A stretch of 64,000 nt of DNA from an uncultured Bacteroidales bacterium (lineage in GTDB: Bacteria > Bacteroidota > Bacteroidia > Bacteroidales > FEN-979). The notes under the pieces are model-generated. The model was not told where the DNA came from and ran no database searches. It worked only from the letters and a program-made list of their open reading frames with translations. Position 1 is the first letter of the stretch. Each line of letters starts with the position of its first letter. Shown here in pieces: positions 9,529-19,043 of this stretch. A program made the position numbers and the translations under genes. The stretch lies in contig CAISJJ010000019.1 in the NCBI GenBank assembly GCA_903885595.1, forward strand, positions 8,697 through 72,696, read 5' to 3'.

Positions 9529-12215
9529 ACAGAATCTCTAACTCTAATTCATTAATCAATATGAACCGAAAATCATTTGTTTTACCTGTCGCATTCATGT
9601 TTGTCTTCATGGCAGGAGCGCTGTCGCAGATTAACAGGGACGCCTATTTCGATTTCAATGCCAACTCACCAACATTGGCTACTCCTTCGGTTTCGCAATG
9701 GGACAATGTTTCGTCCGAAGTAAAGAACCGGAATTGGTTCAGGAGGCTGGAATGGTTTTACAGGCCAAGGATGAATGAACAGGGTATCTTCCCCGGTGAT
9801 TTCATCGACATGCAGAAGCAGGCCGAGATGTTGAAAATGCAGAATCAGCCCGATCTTGCCGGTTCCGGAGAGCAATGGACCAGCCTGGGCCCTGTGGGTG
9901 TTGACTTTTCAACCGATTCCACAGTGAAACAATGGGGAGTGGTCAGCGGAAGGGTCAAGGGCCTTGCAGTGCACCCCACCAATCCGAACATCGTTTACGC
10001 AGGAAGTGGGGGAGGAGGGATATGGAAGTCAACAGACGGCGGTCAGACATGGGTGGACAAAAGCGGTGAACTGCACATGCTTACTTTTGGATCCATTGCC
10101 ATTGATCCTTCGAATCCGGAAGTCATTTACGCCGGGACGGGTGAATACGTAATTGGCCTCACCGAGCGGTTTTACTGGGGTGACGGGATGTATAAGTCGA
10201 CAAACGGCGGTGACAGCTGGGAAAAGATCAATGCCGGTTTCGGCTCGGTGACGCATTTTACGGCGCTTGCGGTTTCTCCTCACAATCCAAACATCGTGAT
10301 GGCCGCCATCGCCAAAAATCTGGAGAATGCTGCCCCCAATGAAGGTATCTGGCGCAGCAGCGATGCAGGTGTCCACTGGAACTGTGTGCTACCGGGAGAA
10401 GGAATGTGGGATATTGTCTTTCATCCCACCGACCCGAACACGGTATGGGTGGCCTGCGGAAATGCCCAACCCAAGGCCGGAATCCTGGTGTCGCATGACG
10501 GCGGACTTACTTTCGCGCAAAGCAATACAGGCCTGCCGGTAAATAATCATATCAACAGGTTGCAGTTCGACGTTTGCAGGTCGAACCCTTCGGTGCTTTA
10601 TACTGTGATCTATAACAGTGCTCCTGCTCCCGGAGGGGTGGGGACCAGCATCTTCAAATCCATTGACGGGGGGACTTCCTGGAGCCAGATCTCGCATGGG
10701 GTCAACCTTTCCCCGGCAGGCGACCAGGGGTTCTACGATCAGTGCATTGCAGTGGATCCACTTGATCCCAACCACCTGTTGCTGGGGAATGTCGAATTGG
10801 TCAGCTCGACCGACGGTTCCACCTTTTCTTTTGTCAGGGATCCCAACGCGTACGGGGGTGGACAACTTTCCTTCGATTCCTACAACCACGTCGATAACCA
10901 GATTATCAGGTTTGCACCCTCCGATCCATCCGTGGTATATATTGGCTGTGACGGTGGTGTGTACCGGTCTTCGGATGGCGGAACTACTTTTCATCCTGTC
11001 AATAACGGCATTTCGTCCATTATGCTATACCGCGTGGCTTCGCATATCTCGAACCCGGATGTCCTTTATTCGGGAGCCCAGGACAACGGCTTTATTTCCA
11101 CGCAAAACAGGGGGGCAACCGCGTATAAACTTGAAAATTTTGCCGATGGCACAGAGTGTTTCATGGATTACGCTGATTCAAATGTGATTTTCTTTGAAAC
11201 GTTCTGTGGCTTCCTGGGCCGCAGCACCAACGGAGGACAGAGCTGGGACCTCTCGGTTGATCCGGGGCCTAACGATTCAAATGCCTTCATCAGTCCTTAC
11301 TGGCAGCACCCTGTTGAACCCAACATCATCTACGGATGCATCAGGCATAAACTGTTAAAATCAACAGATAAGGGAACTACCTGGGCGTATACAACTTCCT
11401 ACCCCATTACAAGCAATGTGATCTATACAGCCGCACAGTCGCCTGTCAACACCAGCAACATCATGGTTGTTGCCCGGAATGGGACGGTAAGTCTGGTGAA
11501 ATCCTCAGACGGCGGCTACAACTGGCAGGACATCACGGGAACACTGGGTATGCTTGCGGGCGGGAATTTTATGAGGCTGGTGGCCGACCCATGGGACGGA
11601 AATACGTTTTATCTGCTTAAAAGTACCTATTCGGGAGCCCTAATCCTCAAAACAACGAATTTCGGCAGTACCTGGATTGACATCAGTTCCGACCTTCCCA
11701 AGGTGCCCGTGAATGATTTGTTCATCGACACCGTAAATACTGGAACAATGTATCTTGCGAATGATTTCGGGGTGTACCGTACAACCGACAACGGTGGCAG
11801 CTGGGCCAGGTTTGGCAATGGCCTGCCTTTCATCCCCGTGCTCGATTTCGATTGTTACAGCCATTCCGGGACCCGCCTGCTGAGGGTGGCGACCTTCGGA
11901 AGAGGTGTTTTTGAGTTTGATCTTAGTAAACCCCAGGGCGTGGAAGAAGGACATTCGGGGTTTACCGTTTTGCGCGCCTGGCCTAACCCGGTTTCAGACA
12001 GGCTGTGGGTGGATATCCCGGCCTTTTCACCCGACAGATGCACCCTCAGCCTGGTATCGGTCAGAGGGTCGGAAGTGGCTTCCTGCCCGGTTTACACCAC
12101 CGGATTGCAGTTCAGTACAAGCATGGATGTCTCCTCACTTACACCGGGGTGCTACCAGCTGATATTCAAAGGCAACCGGGAACTGCAAACCTGCAGGGTG
12201 GTCATTGTGAAGTAA
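9525..12215 (+). CDS. Secreted BNR/Asp-box double beta-propeller protein with T9SS CTD, paralogue of 6155-8836
   Basis: It is colinear with the upstream paralogue over the whole length, with the same FDF...NRN.FRRLEWFY.PR.NE.G.FP N-terminus and the same Asp-box series. The C-terminus is a different T9SS CTD (VLRAWPNPVSDRLWVDIP...CYQLIFKGNRELQTCRVVIVK). The signal peptide follows the second Met (9561), so the true start may be there. Confidence 0.9.
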   Translation: MNRISNSNSLINMNRKSFVLPVAFMFVFMAGALSQINRDAYFDFNANSPTLATPSVSQWDNVSSEVKNRNWFRRLEWFYRPRMNEQGIFPGDFIDMQKQAEMLKMQNQPDLAGSGEQWTSLGPVGVDFSTDSTVKQWGVVSGRVKGLAVHPTNPNIVYAGSGGGGIWKSTDGGQTWVDKSGELHMLTFGSIAIDPSNPEVIYAGTGEYVIGLTERFYWGDGMYKSTNGGDSWEKINAGFGSVTHFTALAVSPHNPNIVMAAIAKNLENAAPNEGIWRSSDAGVHWNCVLPGEGMWDIVFHPTDPNTVWVACGNAQPKAGILVSHDGGLTFAQSNTGLPVNNHINRLQFDVCRSNPSVLYTVIYNSAPAPGGVGTSIFKSIDGGTSWSQISHGVNLSPAGDQGFYDQCIAVDPLDPNHLLLGNVELVSSTDGSTFSFVRDPNAYGGGQLSFDSYNHVDNQIIRFAPSDPSVVYIGCDGGVYRSSDGGTTFHPVNNGISSIMLYRVASHISNPDVLYSGAQDNGFISTQNRGATAYKLENFADGTECFMDYADSNVIFFETFCGFLGRSTNGGQSWDLSVDPGPNDSNAFISPYWQHPVEPNIIYGCIRHKLLKSTDKGTTWAYTTSYPITSNVIYTAAQSPVNTSNIMVVARNGTVSLVKSSDGGYNWQDITGTLGMLAGGNFMRLVADPWDGNTFYLLKSTYSGALILKTTNFGSTWIDISSDLPKVPVNDLFIDTVNTGTMYLANDFGVYRTTDNGGSWARFGNGLPFIPVLDFDCYSHSGTRLLRVATFGRGVFEFDLSKPQGVEEGHSGFTVLRAWPNPVSDRLWVDIPAFSPDRCTLSLVSVRGSEVASCPVYTTGLQFSTSMDVSSLTPGCYQLIFKGNRELQTCRVVIVK

Positions 12216-12279
12216 CCCTGAGTACTTTTTGATCGTTTCAGATAACGAATTGTCATCCGCAGAATAAAAAACAAAAAAG

Positions 12280-13533
12280 ATGAAAATAAACAAGAACTTT
12301 TCGTCCTATTTATTGGCGATTGTATTATTAACAGGTTCTCTGTTCCTGCTTTCGGGCTGCAAAAAGGAGGAACCTGCTCCCGTTCAGCCGGAAGTGACCT
12401 GGCAGTATATCGAAACCTATGACCTGCAGAGGCTAAATCATATACTGAACCAGGAACTTGAGGAGTTCCTGGCGGGTTCAACCATGCAGGCCTCCGATTT
12501 CCAGGGTCAGTTTGCAGTACCGGCATACCCTGTAAAATTATACCGGGTAACCTATCCCACTTCTGTGCCTGAACTCGGGATAAATACAGTGGCTTCCGGC
12601 CTGGTGGCCATTCCCGACAACGGCCTGGATTCCATACCCGTCATCTCCTACCAGCACGGAACTGTTGTAGTCAAGAGCGCCTGCCCTTCCAACCCCGATT
12701 CATCACTGGAAATAAGGTTGATGATCGCGCAGTTTGCCTCCCGGGGCTATATCGTGATCGGAGCCGATGTGATCGGTCTCGGAGTTTCAGATCAGCCCCA
12801 TGCAGATTTCGTCAGACTGAGTACAGAACAAGCCTGCATCGACATGCTGAATGCAGCCGATAAGGTTCTCAAAGATCAGAAGATCAGGCAAGGGCCTTTG
12901 TTCCTGCATGGCTGGTCACAGGGAGGTTGGGCCACCATGACCTTTCTGAGGAAACTGGAAGCCATGAACATACGCGTGACGGCTGCATCAACGGCCTGCG
13001 CTGCTGCCGACTTTTTCGCCCTGATGGATCGCTGGATCAACAATCCCCAACCCGGCGATTCACCGGCTCTGCCGGCTGTGGTTGCCGTTTGCCTCTTTGC
13101 CTGCGAATATTACAACCAGGTGGCGGGTCTTGCCGCCTCGGCAATCAAGCCTGAATATTACCAGGCTTCCAGAGATCTTTACGAGTGGAAGATGGATCTG
13201 ATCACCTTCCTTACAAAAACGACATTCAATGTCAGGGAGTTATTGCGACCGGAGTTCATGTCGACCGGAAATATCGGAAGCGCTCCCTTCTGGCAGATCA
13301 TTGAGCAGGCCCAGGCTTACCGCTGGCGATGTCAAACCCCGCTCAGGATGTATTATGGCGAGACCGATGATCTCATTCCGGTATATCTCTCCACGATGCC
13401 GGCAGATTATCAGAATCAGTTGGGCTGCAATACCATTGCCATTTCGGCAGGAGCGATAGCTGATCACAGAGCCGCCTATGTTTACTCCCTCATTCATGCA
13501 AAACCATGGTTTGATGAATTACTAAACAAATAA
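12280..13533 (+). CDS. Lipoprotein alpha/beta hydrolase, secretory-lipase (LIP)-like
   Basis: It has the lipobox LFLLSGC followed by KKEEP, and a nucleophile elbow G-W-S-Q-G-G (LHGWSQGGWATM). The context ...ISYQHGT...PSNP...GYIVIGADVIGLGVSD... is as in LIP-type lipases. It is a paralogue of 15955-17223. Confidence 0.85.
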   Translation: MKINKNFSSYLLAIVLLTGSLFLLSGCKKEEPAPVQPEVTWQYIETYDLQRLNHILNQELEEFLAGSTMQASDFQGQFAVPAYPVKLYRVTYPTSVPELGINTVASGLVAIPDNGLDSIPVISYQHGTVVVKSACPSNPDSSLEIRLMIAQFASRGYIVIGADVIGLGVSDQPHADFVRLSTEQACIDMLNAADKVLKDQKIRQGPLFLHGWSQGGWATMTFLRKLEAMNIRVTAASTACAAADFFALMDRWINNPQPGDSPALPAVVAVCLFACEYYNQVAGLAASAIKPEYYQASRDLYEWKMDLITFLTKTTFNVRELLRPEFMSTGNIGSAPFWQIIEQAQAYRWRCQTPLRMYYGETDDLIPVYLSTMPADYQNQLGCNTIAISAGAIADHRAAYVYSLIHAKPWFDELLNK

Positions 13534-13557
13534 TCATATACAAACAAGTATAATTCT

Positions 13558-14667
13558 ATGAAAACAAGGATGAACGACATCAGCAAAACACTGATTTACC
13601 CATTTATTGTAACAGTAGGACTTGTAATGCTTCTTGTCAATGGCTGCAAAAAAGATGAACCGCTGCCATCTCAACCCTATCAGGAATTGTTCTGGGTGAC
13701 CGCCAAAGGCTCTCAAATGCCCGTCCTGATGACCGGCAACAAAGGGAGCGCTTCCATCGTGCTGTTTATTCACGGAGGCCCGGGATCATCTTCGATAGAT
13801 GTAGCCGGGATATACTCAGGAAATTCCCCGGAAAATCTGACGGATAACTTTTTATTGGCCAGTTGGGACCAGCGGTATGCCGGATATTCCATCAATCCTG
13901 ATCCCATCGACTGGTCAACGGTCAATGTTGACCAGTATGCTGAAGATTGCGCGATGGTGACCGACCAGTTGAAGATACGGTTTCCCGGCAAAAAAATCAT
14001 TGTTGTCGGGCATAGCTGGGGTGGCGCCGTGCTTACGAAATTCATTTCAAATTCAGCATACCAGGACAAGTATAATGGCTGGGTGACGGCCGAAGGCATG
14101 GTCAATGGCTTTGAGCTTGCAAACGCCATGCAAAGCTACTCCCGTCAAAGATGCAATAAGCTGATCGCCGAAGGGAATGTGCATTACGTCGACACCCTTG
14201 CTTACCTCAATTCGGTGGTATTAGACCCGGTGGCTTATGACAAACCAACCTTTTTAAGGTTGCAAATGTTAGCAATTTCCTTGGCTAAACCAGGGGAAAA
14301 ACCACTCGATCCTGAGGTTCTCAGCCGCTGTGCTCAATTGGAAAAAAGCATTTTCCCTGACAGTGCAGACCGGATCAGGAAAAATAACAATTCAGCTTCA
14401 CAGGCTAACCTCGATTTATTATACAACCAGGTCTATTTTATTAACAGCAACGCCTCCTATGTCAATATCAGCAAACCTGGATTAATTATCTGGGGGGAGA
14501 ATGATTGCGTCGTTCCTGCAGATGCCGCATATCCTTTTACCGGCAGGCTGGGTTCACTTGGAAAAATATTTCAGCTCAAACTGTATCCCGATTGCTGGCA
14601 TACCCCCATGTTTAGTAACACGCAGCAATATATTGATGACATAAAGAAGTTTATTGACGGTTTATGA
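13558..14667 (+). CDS. Lipoprotein alpha/beta hydrolase (proline iminopeptidase-like)
   Basis: It has the lipobox LLVNGC followed by KKDEP, an oxyanion-region HGGPGSS, and a nucleophile elbow GHSWGG. A C-terminal ...CWH... may hold the catalytic His. Confidence 0.85.
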   Translation: MKTRMNDISKTLIYPFIVTVGLVMLLVNGCKKDEPLPSQPYQELFWVTAKGSQMPVLMTGNKGSASIVLFIHGGPGSSSIDVAGIYSGNSPENLTDNFLLASWDQRYAGYSINPDPIDWSTVNVDQYAEDCAMVTDQLKIRFPGKKIIVVGHSWGGAVLTKFISNSAYQDKYNGWVTAEGMVNGFELANAMQSYSRQRCNKLIAEGNVHYVDTLAYLNSVVLDPVAYDKPTFLRLQMLAISLAKPGEKPLDPEVLSRCAQLEKSIFPDSADRIRKNNNSASQANLDLLYNQVYFINSNASYVNISKPGLIIWGENDCVVPADAAYPFTGRLGSLGKIFQLKLYPDCWHTPMFSNTQQYIDDIKKFIDGL

Positions 14668-15893
14668 AAAAGCTCACCATCATTCTGTTTTCAGGCATCA
14701 TCCTTCTTGCCTGTGGCTGTCGTAAAAATAATACTTCCCGTAATCCTTACGATGTACTGCTTGTTCAGCAGAAGCTCCAGACGATGGCCGATTACCTGAT
14801 GGCCGGGTACAAGGCGAAATACCCTGAGTATCCCGGAGGGTTGGCTGTAAAGGTCATTTACAAAGGCAATTCCTGGTTCGTCACATCAGGCATGGGGCAG
14901 GGGGTCACAGGCGACTGGAGGTTCAGGGCAGCCAGCAACACCAAGCTGTTCACAGCCTCGGCGATCCTGCTTCTCTACCAACAAGGGAAACTGAATCTCG
15001 ATGCCAGTATAACCGACCTGATCCCGGGCACGAACATGACGTATGTTCCCATGGATGCGAATTTTGCCGTCCCGTTCAGGGAAAGGATCACCATCAGGCA
15101 ACTGCTTCAGAACAAGGCCGGGGTGTTCGACATAGTCAATGATAAAATCCCCGACACTGTCTCGGTGCCGGTTCCGTACAAAGGTCAGAACTATTTGGAT
15201 TGGGCCAAAAAACAGGATTCCACCCATACGTTCACCTTTGACGAACTGGTGGGTGTAGATGCGACCTGCAGGCTCTATTATTTTGAACCAGGAACATCCT
15301 ACCACTACTCCGATACAGGTTGGGCAATACTGGGAAAGATCATCGAAAGGGTTTCAGGACAGAGGTACAGCGACTTCATCATGAATGAGATCTTTGTTCC
15401 CATGGGGCTGGTCAGCAGCTCGATGCCCTATCTGGGCACCGACAATACCTTACCTTCTCCGTATGTGAAAGGATATTATTACGACGCGACCCTTAACATA
15501 GATGCCACCTGGTCCAATGTCTCTCCCAACGTAGCAGATGGAACCCTCATCACCACACCCAACGACCTGTCGAAATTCATCAGGACCCTCCTCAGGGGCG
15601 AGGGCGTCCTGAGTGCCGTCACCGTGAACTCTGTGCTGCTTTCACCCATGGTGCCCCCCGATACCATGATGACCTATTACTGCGGAATAGAGACCATCAA
15701 TAACCTTGGATACGGTCATGACGGTGACAAACAGGGATACTCCAGCCGGATGGCCTACGACCCTGAATTGGATTTTGCGGTCGTTGCTTTCACCAACGGT
15801 AATAACCTGTTCAACGGCATGATAAGCTTTGGTGAACTTGTAGATGGGGTTGTGCTTGAAAGCTGTTACATGGCGAAACTGATTGTACCGTAA
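14664..15893 (+). CDS. Lipoprotein serine hydrolase of the beta-lactamase / DD-peptidase / EstB family
   Basis: It has the lipobox LLACGC and an S-x-x-K motif (AASNTKLF). A second motif is Y-S-D (YHYSDTGW). Its ATGA start overlaps the previous stop. Confidence 0.85.
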   Translation: MKKLTIILFSGIILLACGCRKNNTSRNPYDVLLVQQKLQTMADYLMAGYKAKYPEYPGGLAVKVIYKGNSWFVTSGMGQGVTGDWRFRAASNTKLFTASAILLLYQQGKLNLDASITDLIPGTNMTYVPMDANFAVPFRERITIRQLLQNKAGVFDIVNDKIPDTVSVPVPYKGQNYLDWAKKQDSTHTFTFDELVGVDATCRLYYFEPGTSYHYSDTGWAILGKIIERVSGQRYSDFIMNEIFVPMGLVSSSMPYLGTDNTLPSPYVKGYYYDATLNIDATWSNVSPNVADGTLITTPNDLSKFIRTLLRGEGVLSAVTVNSVLLSPMVPPDTMMTYYCGIETINNLGYGHDGDKQGYSSRMAYDPELDFAVVAFTNGNNLFNGMISFGELVDGVVLESCYMAKLIVP

Positions 15894-15954
15894 GGCGAAT
15901 ATGAAAAATATCAGCGGCTTTTCCTCTCATATATTAAAAGCAGCATAATAAAAA

Positions 15955-17223
15955 ATGATCCCAATGAACGAGAAACGATTTACCATTAGAAAGAACCTGC
16001 TTTTACTCATTGTAGCAAACCTGCTTTTTATCCTTGTTATCAGCTCCTGCAGAAAAGAGAGCCCCGCCCCCGTTCAGCCGGAAGTGACCTGGCAGTATAT
16101 CGAAACATACGACCTGCAGAAACTCAATCATGTCCTGAACACGGAACTTGAGGAGTTCATGGTTGGTTCAACCATGCAGGCTTCCGATTTCAAGGGTCAG
16201 TTTGCAGTGCCGGCATTCCCTGTGAAATTATATCGGGTAACCTATCCCACTGTGGTACCTGAACTCGGCATCAGCACGGTGGCTTCCGGCCTGGTGGCCA
16301 TTCCCGACAACGGCATGGATTCCATGCCCGTCATCTCCTATCAGCATGGAACTGTCATGCTTAAGGATGCCTGCCCTTCCAACCCCAATGCATTGCTGGA
16401 AACGAGGCTGGTGATCGCACAGTTTGCCTCCTGTGGCTATGTCGTGATCGCGGCCGATTTCATCGGCCTTGGAGTTTCAGATCAGCCCCATGCGGATTTT
16501 GTCAGACTTACTACAGAACGAGCATGCATCGACATGCTGAGTGCTGCCGACAAGGTTCTTAAGGAACAGAAGATCAGGAGGGGGCACCTGTTCCTTCATG
16601 GATGGTCGCAGGGAGGATGGGCCACCATGACCTTTCTGAGGAAACTGGAAGAGATGAAAACAGGTGTGACGGCTGCATCAACGGCCTGCGCTGTGGCCGA
16701 CTATTTTGCCTTAATGGATCGCTGGATCAACAATCCCCAACCCGGCGATTCACCCATTTTGCCAGCCATCGTTTCCAACTGCCTCTTTGCATGCGAATAT
16801 TACAACCAGCTGAATGGTCTTGCTGCTTCGGCCATCAGGCCCGAATTTTTACAGGCGTCCAAAGATCTTTACGGATGGAAAATGGATTATATAACCTTCC
16901 TTAATAATACGACAACGAATGTCAGGGAGCTGCTGAGGCCTGATTTCATGTCGACCGGAAATAGCGGAAATACTCCATTCTGGAAGATCATCGACCAGGC
17001 CCAGGCTTATCGCTGGCGTTGCCGGACCCCCCTGAGGATGTACTATGGCGAGACCGATGCAATCATCCCGGTATATTTCTCCACCCTGCCGGCAGAATAC
17101 CAGAATCAGTTGGGCTGCAGTACCATGGCGATATCGGCAGGTCCCGTTGCTGATCACAGCGCCGCATATATTTATTCCCTCATTCATGCAAAAGCATGGT
17201 TCGATGAATTACAAAACAAATAA
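15955..17223 (+). CDS. Lipoprotein alpha/beta hydrolase, LIP-like, duplicate of 12280-13533
   Basis: It has the lipobox VISSC followed by RKESP and the same GWSQGG elbow. Most residues are identical to the first copy, and long identical DNA runs are shared (e.g. cccgttcagccggaagtgacctggcagtatatcgaaac). Confidence 0.85.
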   Translation: MIPMNEKRFTIRKNLLLLIVANLLFILVISSCRKESPAPVQPEVTWQYIETYDLQKLNHVLNTELEEFMVGSTMQASDFKGQFAVPAFPVKLYRVTYPTVVPELGISTVASGLVAIPDNGMDSMPVISYQHGTVMLKDACPSNPNALLETRLVIAQFASCGYVVIAADFIGLGVSDQPHADFVRLTTERACIDMLSAADKVLKEQKIRRGHLFLHGWSQGGWATMTFLRKLEEMKTGVTAASTACAVADYFALMDRWINNPQPGDSPILPAIVSNCLFACEYYNQLNGLAASAIRPEFLQASKDLYGWKMDYITFLNNTTTNVRELLRPDFMSTGNSGNTPFWKIIDQAQAYRWRCRTPLRMYYGETDAIIPVYFSTLPAEYQNQLGCSTMAISAGPVADHSAAYIYSLIHAKAWFDELQNK

Positions 17224-17428
17224 TCATGAGGCCAGTATAAAAACGCTATGATCGCGAAAAATGACAGTTTATCAAATTGACCTCATCCCCTAACCCCTTA
17301 TTCACTTGTCGATAAGTAACCATTGAAAGAGAATATTCTCAATTAGAATCCATACCAGATAATTTTGAAAAATATGTTGTGTCGCTCGACGACATTCAAT
17401 TACAAAACAGAAATAGAATTTCTGTTCA

Positions 17429-17436
17429 TACCTTTG
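17429..17436 (+). promoter_or_regulatory. -7 promoter box TACCTTTG
   Basis: It matches TAnnTTTG and ends 17 nt before the ATG at 17454. Confidence 0.4.
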
Positions 17437-17453
17437 CCTCGAAATAAACCAGT

Positions 17454-17906
17454 ATGTGGAAAAGGATCAGAGAATGGCTCGGCAGGTACTTTTGGGCGGA
17501 GGTGATCAGCACGATCTTCACCTTCCTCTTCGGATGGGTTTCCGGCTTAATAACCGCGAATCCTCTGGTTATTGCCTATGCAGGAACGCTTGGCGCTGCA
17601 ATCGGGTTTTACGGAGCCATCTTTATACGGGATATCTACCACAGTTACCGGAAACATGAACCGGACACGATCGGAGCAAAGACCCTGCTTGTTGCCAAAT
17701 GCCTCAGAAACATGGGATTTGAATTCGGGCTTGCCGAGGTCATCGATTTCTTTGCAGTACGTCCGTTCTTCCTTCTTTGGGGTCCTGTGACACTTGAGAA
17801 CTTTTTCTGGGGAATCATGGCCGGAAAAACAATGGCAGATATCATCTTTTTTTCCATTTCCATTCTCATGTTCGAAATCCGGAAAAAACATTTTCACTGG
17901 TTTTGA
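17454..17906 (+). CDS. Small integral membrane protein, unknown function
   Basis: 150-aa ORF with about four hydrophobic helices. It is preceded by a -7 box. I recognise no family. Confidence 0.6.
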   Translation: MWKRIREWLGRYFWAEVISTIFTFLFGWVSGLITANPLVIAYAGTLGAAIGFYGAIFIRDIYHSYRKHEPDTIGAKTLLVAKCLRNMGFEFGLAEVIDFFAVRPFFLLWGPVTLENFFWGIMAGKTMADIIFFSISILMFEIRKKHFHWF

Positions 17907-17970
17907 GAGACTTGTCAACGGGATCAGGATGTTCGTGGGAGGACCCTATTCCAGCGCGGAACTTAAGGCT

Positions 17971-18366
17971 CTAATCCCTCTTGTAAGCCAGTATCAGTGC
18001 GCCATTATAAATACAAACAGTTCTGCCATCGGGCTGAATCATCCAGGCAGTATTTGCCTGTAAAACAGGTTTTATATCACTATTTCGCTTCATCATTCAT
18101 GACTATCATGTCACCGATCAGCAGCCCTTTACCACCATACCCGACGTAGAACTCGACGTTTTTTGCACTAAGGTGCTGCAGAGATAATGATTCTCCTGCC
18201 ACCTGACGTAAATCGAGCCAGCAGTAATAATCAACAACAGCGGCATTTTCTGTTACCGTTATCCTGGCCGGACTTCATCCTGCGCTTTGGTCCACTCCTG
18301 AGAAAATGCGGTGGTAGAAATTACGATAATACATTCGAGCGTTGCAAATCTCAGTGATGTTTTCAT
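17971..18366 (-). pseudogene. Disrupted small secreted-protein gene (frameshifted)
   Basis: The ATG at 18366 gives MKTSLRFATLECIIVISTTAFSQEWTKAQDEVRPG followed by TAA. A shifted frame continues with ARITVTENAAVVDYYCWLDLRQVAGESLSLQHLSAKNVEFYVGYGGKGLLIGDMIVMNDEAK, and a third frame gives ANTAWMIQPDGRTVCIYNGALILAYKRD. The pieces loosely recall a SnoaL/DUF4440-type fold (weak). Confidence 0.3.
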
Positions 18367-18373
18367 AGATTTG
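18366..18373 (+). promoter_or_regulatory. -7 promoter box TAGATTTG
   Basis: It matches TAnnTTTG and lies about 65 nt upstream of the ATG at 18438. Confidence 0.35.
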
Positions 18374-18437
18374 TTTTTTAATTGGTTAGTTTTACCAATC
18401 ATATGTAAAAATAAAAAATCAACCAATATCTATAACC

Positions 18438-19028
18438 ATGAAAAGACTTACCATCCTGGCCATCCTGCTGATGGTCATTTCTGTTCCATCCTTTGCCCAG
18501 GATATAATAGAAAAGCCTAAGGAGCCAATCAAGCCTGCCCTGATTGTGATCGACATCCAGAAGGCCTTTTTACCAATGATGTCAGCGGATAAGGAGATGG
18601 CAATGGAATACATCAATGCCCTCATCGACCTGTTCCGAAAGAATGGCTACCCTGTGATCCGGGTTTACCACACCAGCGAAGAGTATGGTGTAACACCGGG
18701 AACCGAAGGATTTGAATACCCTGAAACGGTGAAGATCCTGCCGGCCGATCCGAAGGTGCTGAAAACATACGGCGACGGCTTTAACCAGACCGACCTCGAC
18801 AAGGTTGTTAGAGCCACCGGCAGCAACACCCTCTTCCTCTGTGGACTGAGTGCGACCGGATGCGTGCTTGCCACATGGATCGGAGCCCAGAACCACGATT
18901 ACAAGGCCTTTATGGTGAAAAATGCCATAATCAGCCCCAGCTCAGAATATACGAAGGATGTGGAGCAGATTTTTGATGCGATATCTTATGACATGGTGCA
19001 ACTGATAATGGATTCGGTACAGAGATAA
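18438..19028 (+). CDS. Secreted isochorismatase-family cysteine hydrolase
   Basis: It has a signal peptide (ISVPSFAQ). It also has ALIVIDIQKAF (catalytic Asp region) and LFLCGLSATGCVLAT (catalytic Cys). Confidence 0.85.
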   Translation: MKRLTILAILLMVISVPSFAQDIIEKPKEPIKPALIVIDIQKAFLPMMSADKEMAMEYINALIDLFRKNGYPVIRVYHTSEEYGVTPGTEGFEYPETVKILPADPKVLKTYGDGFNQTDLDKVVRATGSNTLFLCGLSATGCVLATWIGAQNHDYKAFMVKNAIISPSSEYTKDVEQIFDAISYDMVQLIMDSVQR

Positions 19029-19043
19029 CGGATCGTTCAATAC

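Noticed and set aside
10389-11187. ORFs of 201 aa (minus strand) and 189 aa (plus strand, alternative frame) inside the second propeller gene
   Set aside because: They are shadow or alternative-frame ORFs in a G+C-rich gene. The annotated frame carries the Asp-box series and a T9SS CTD.
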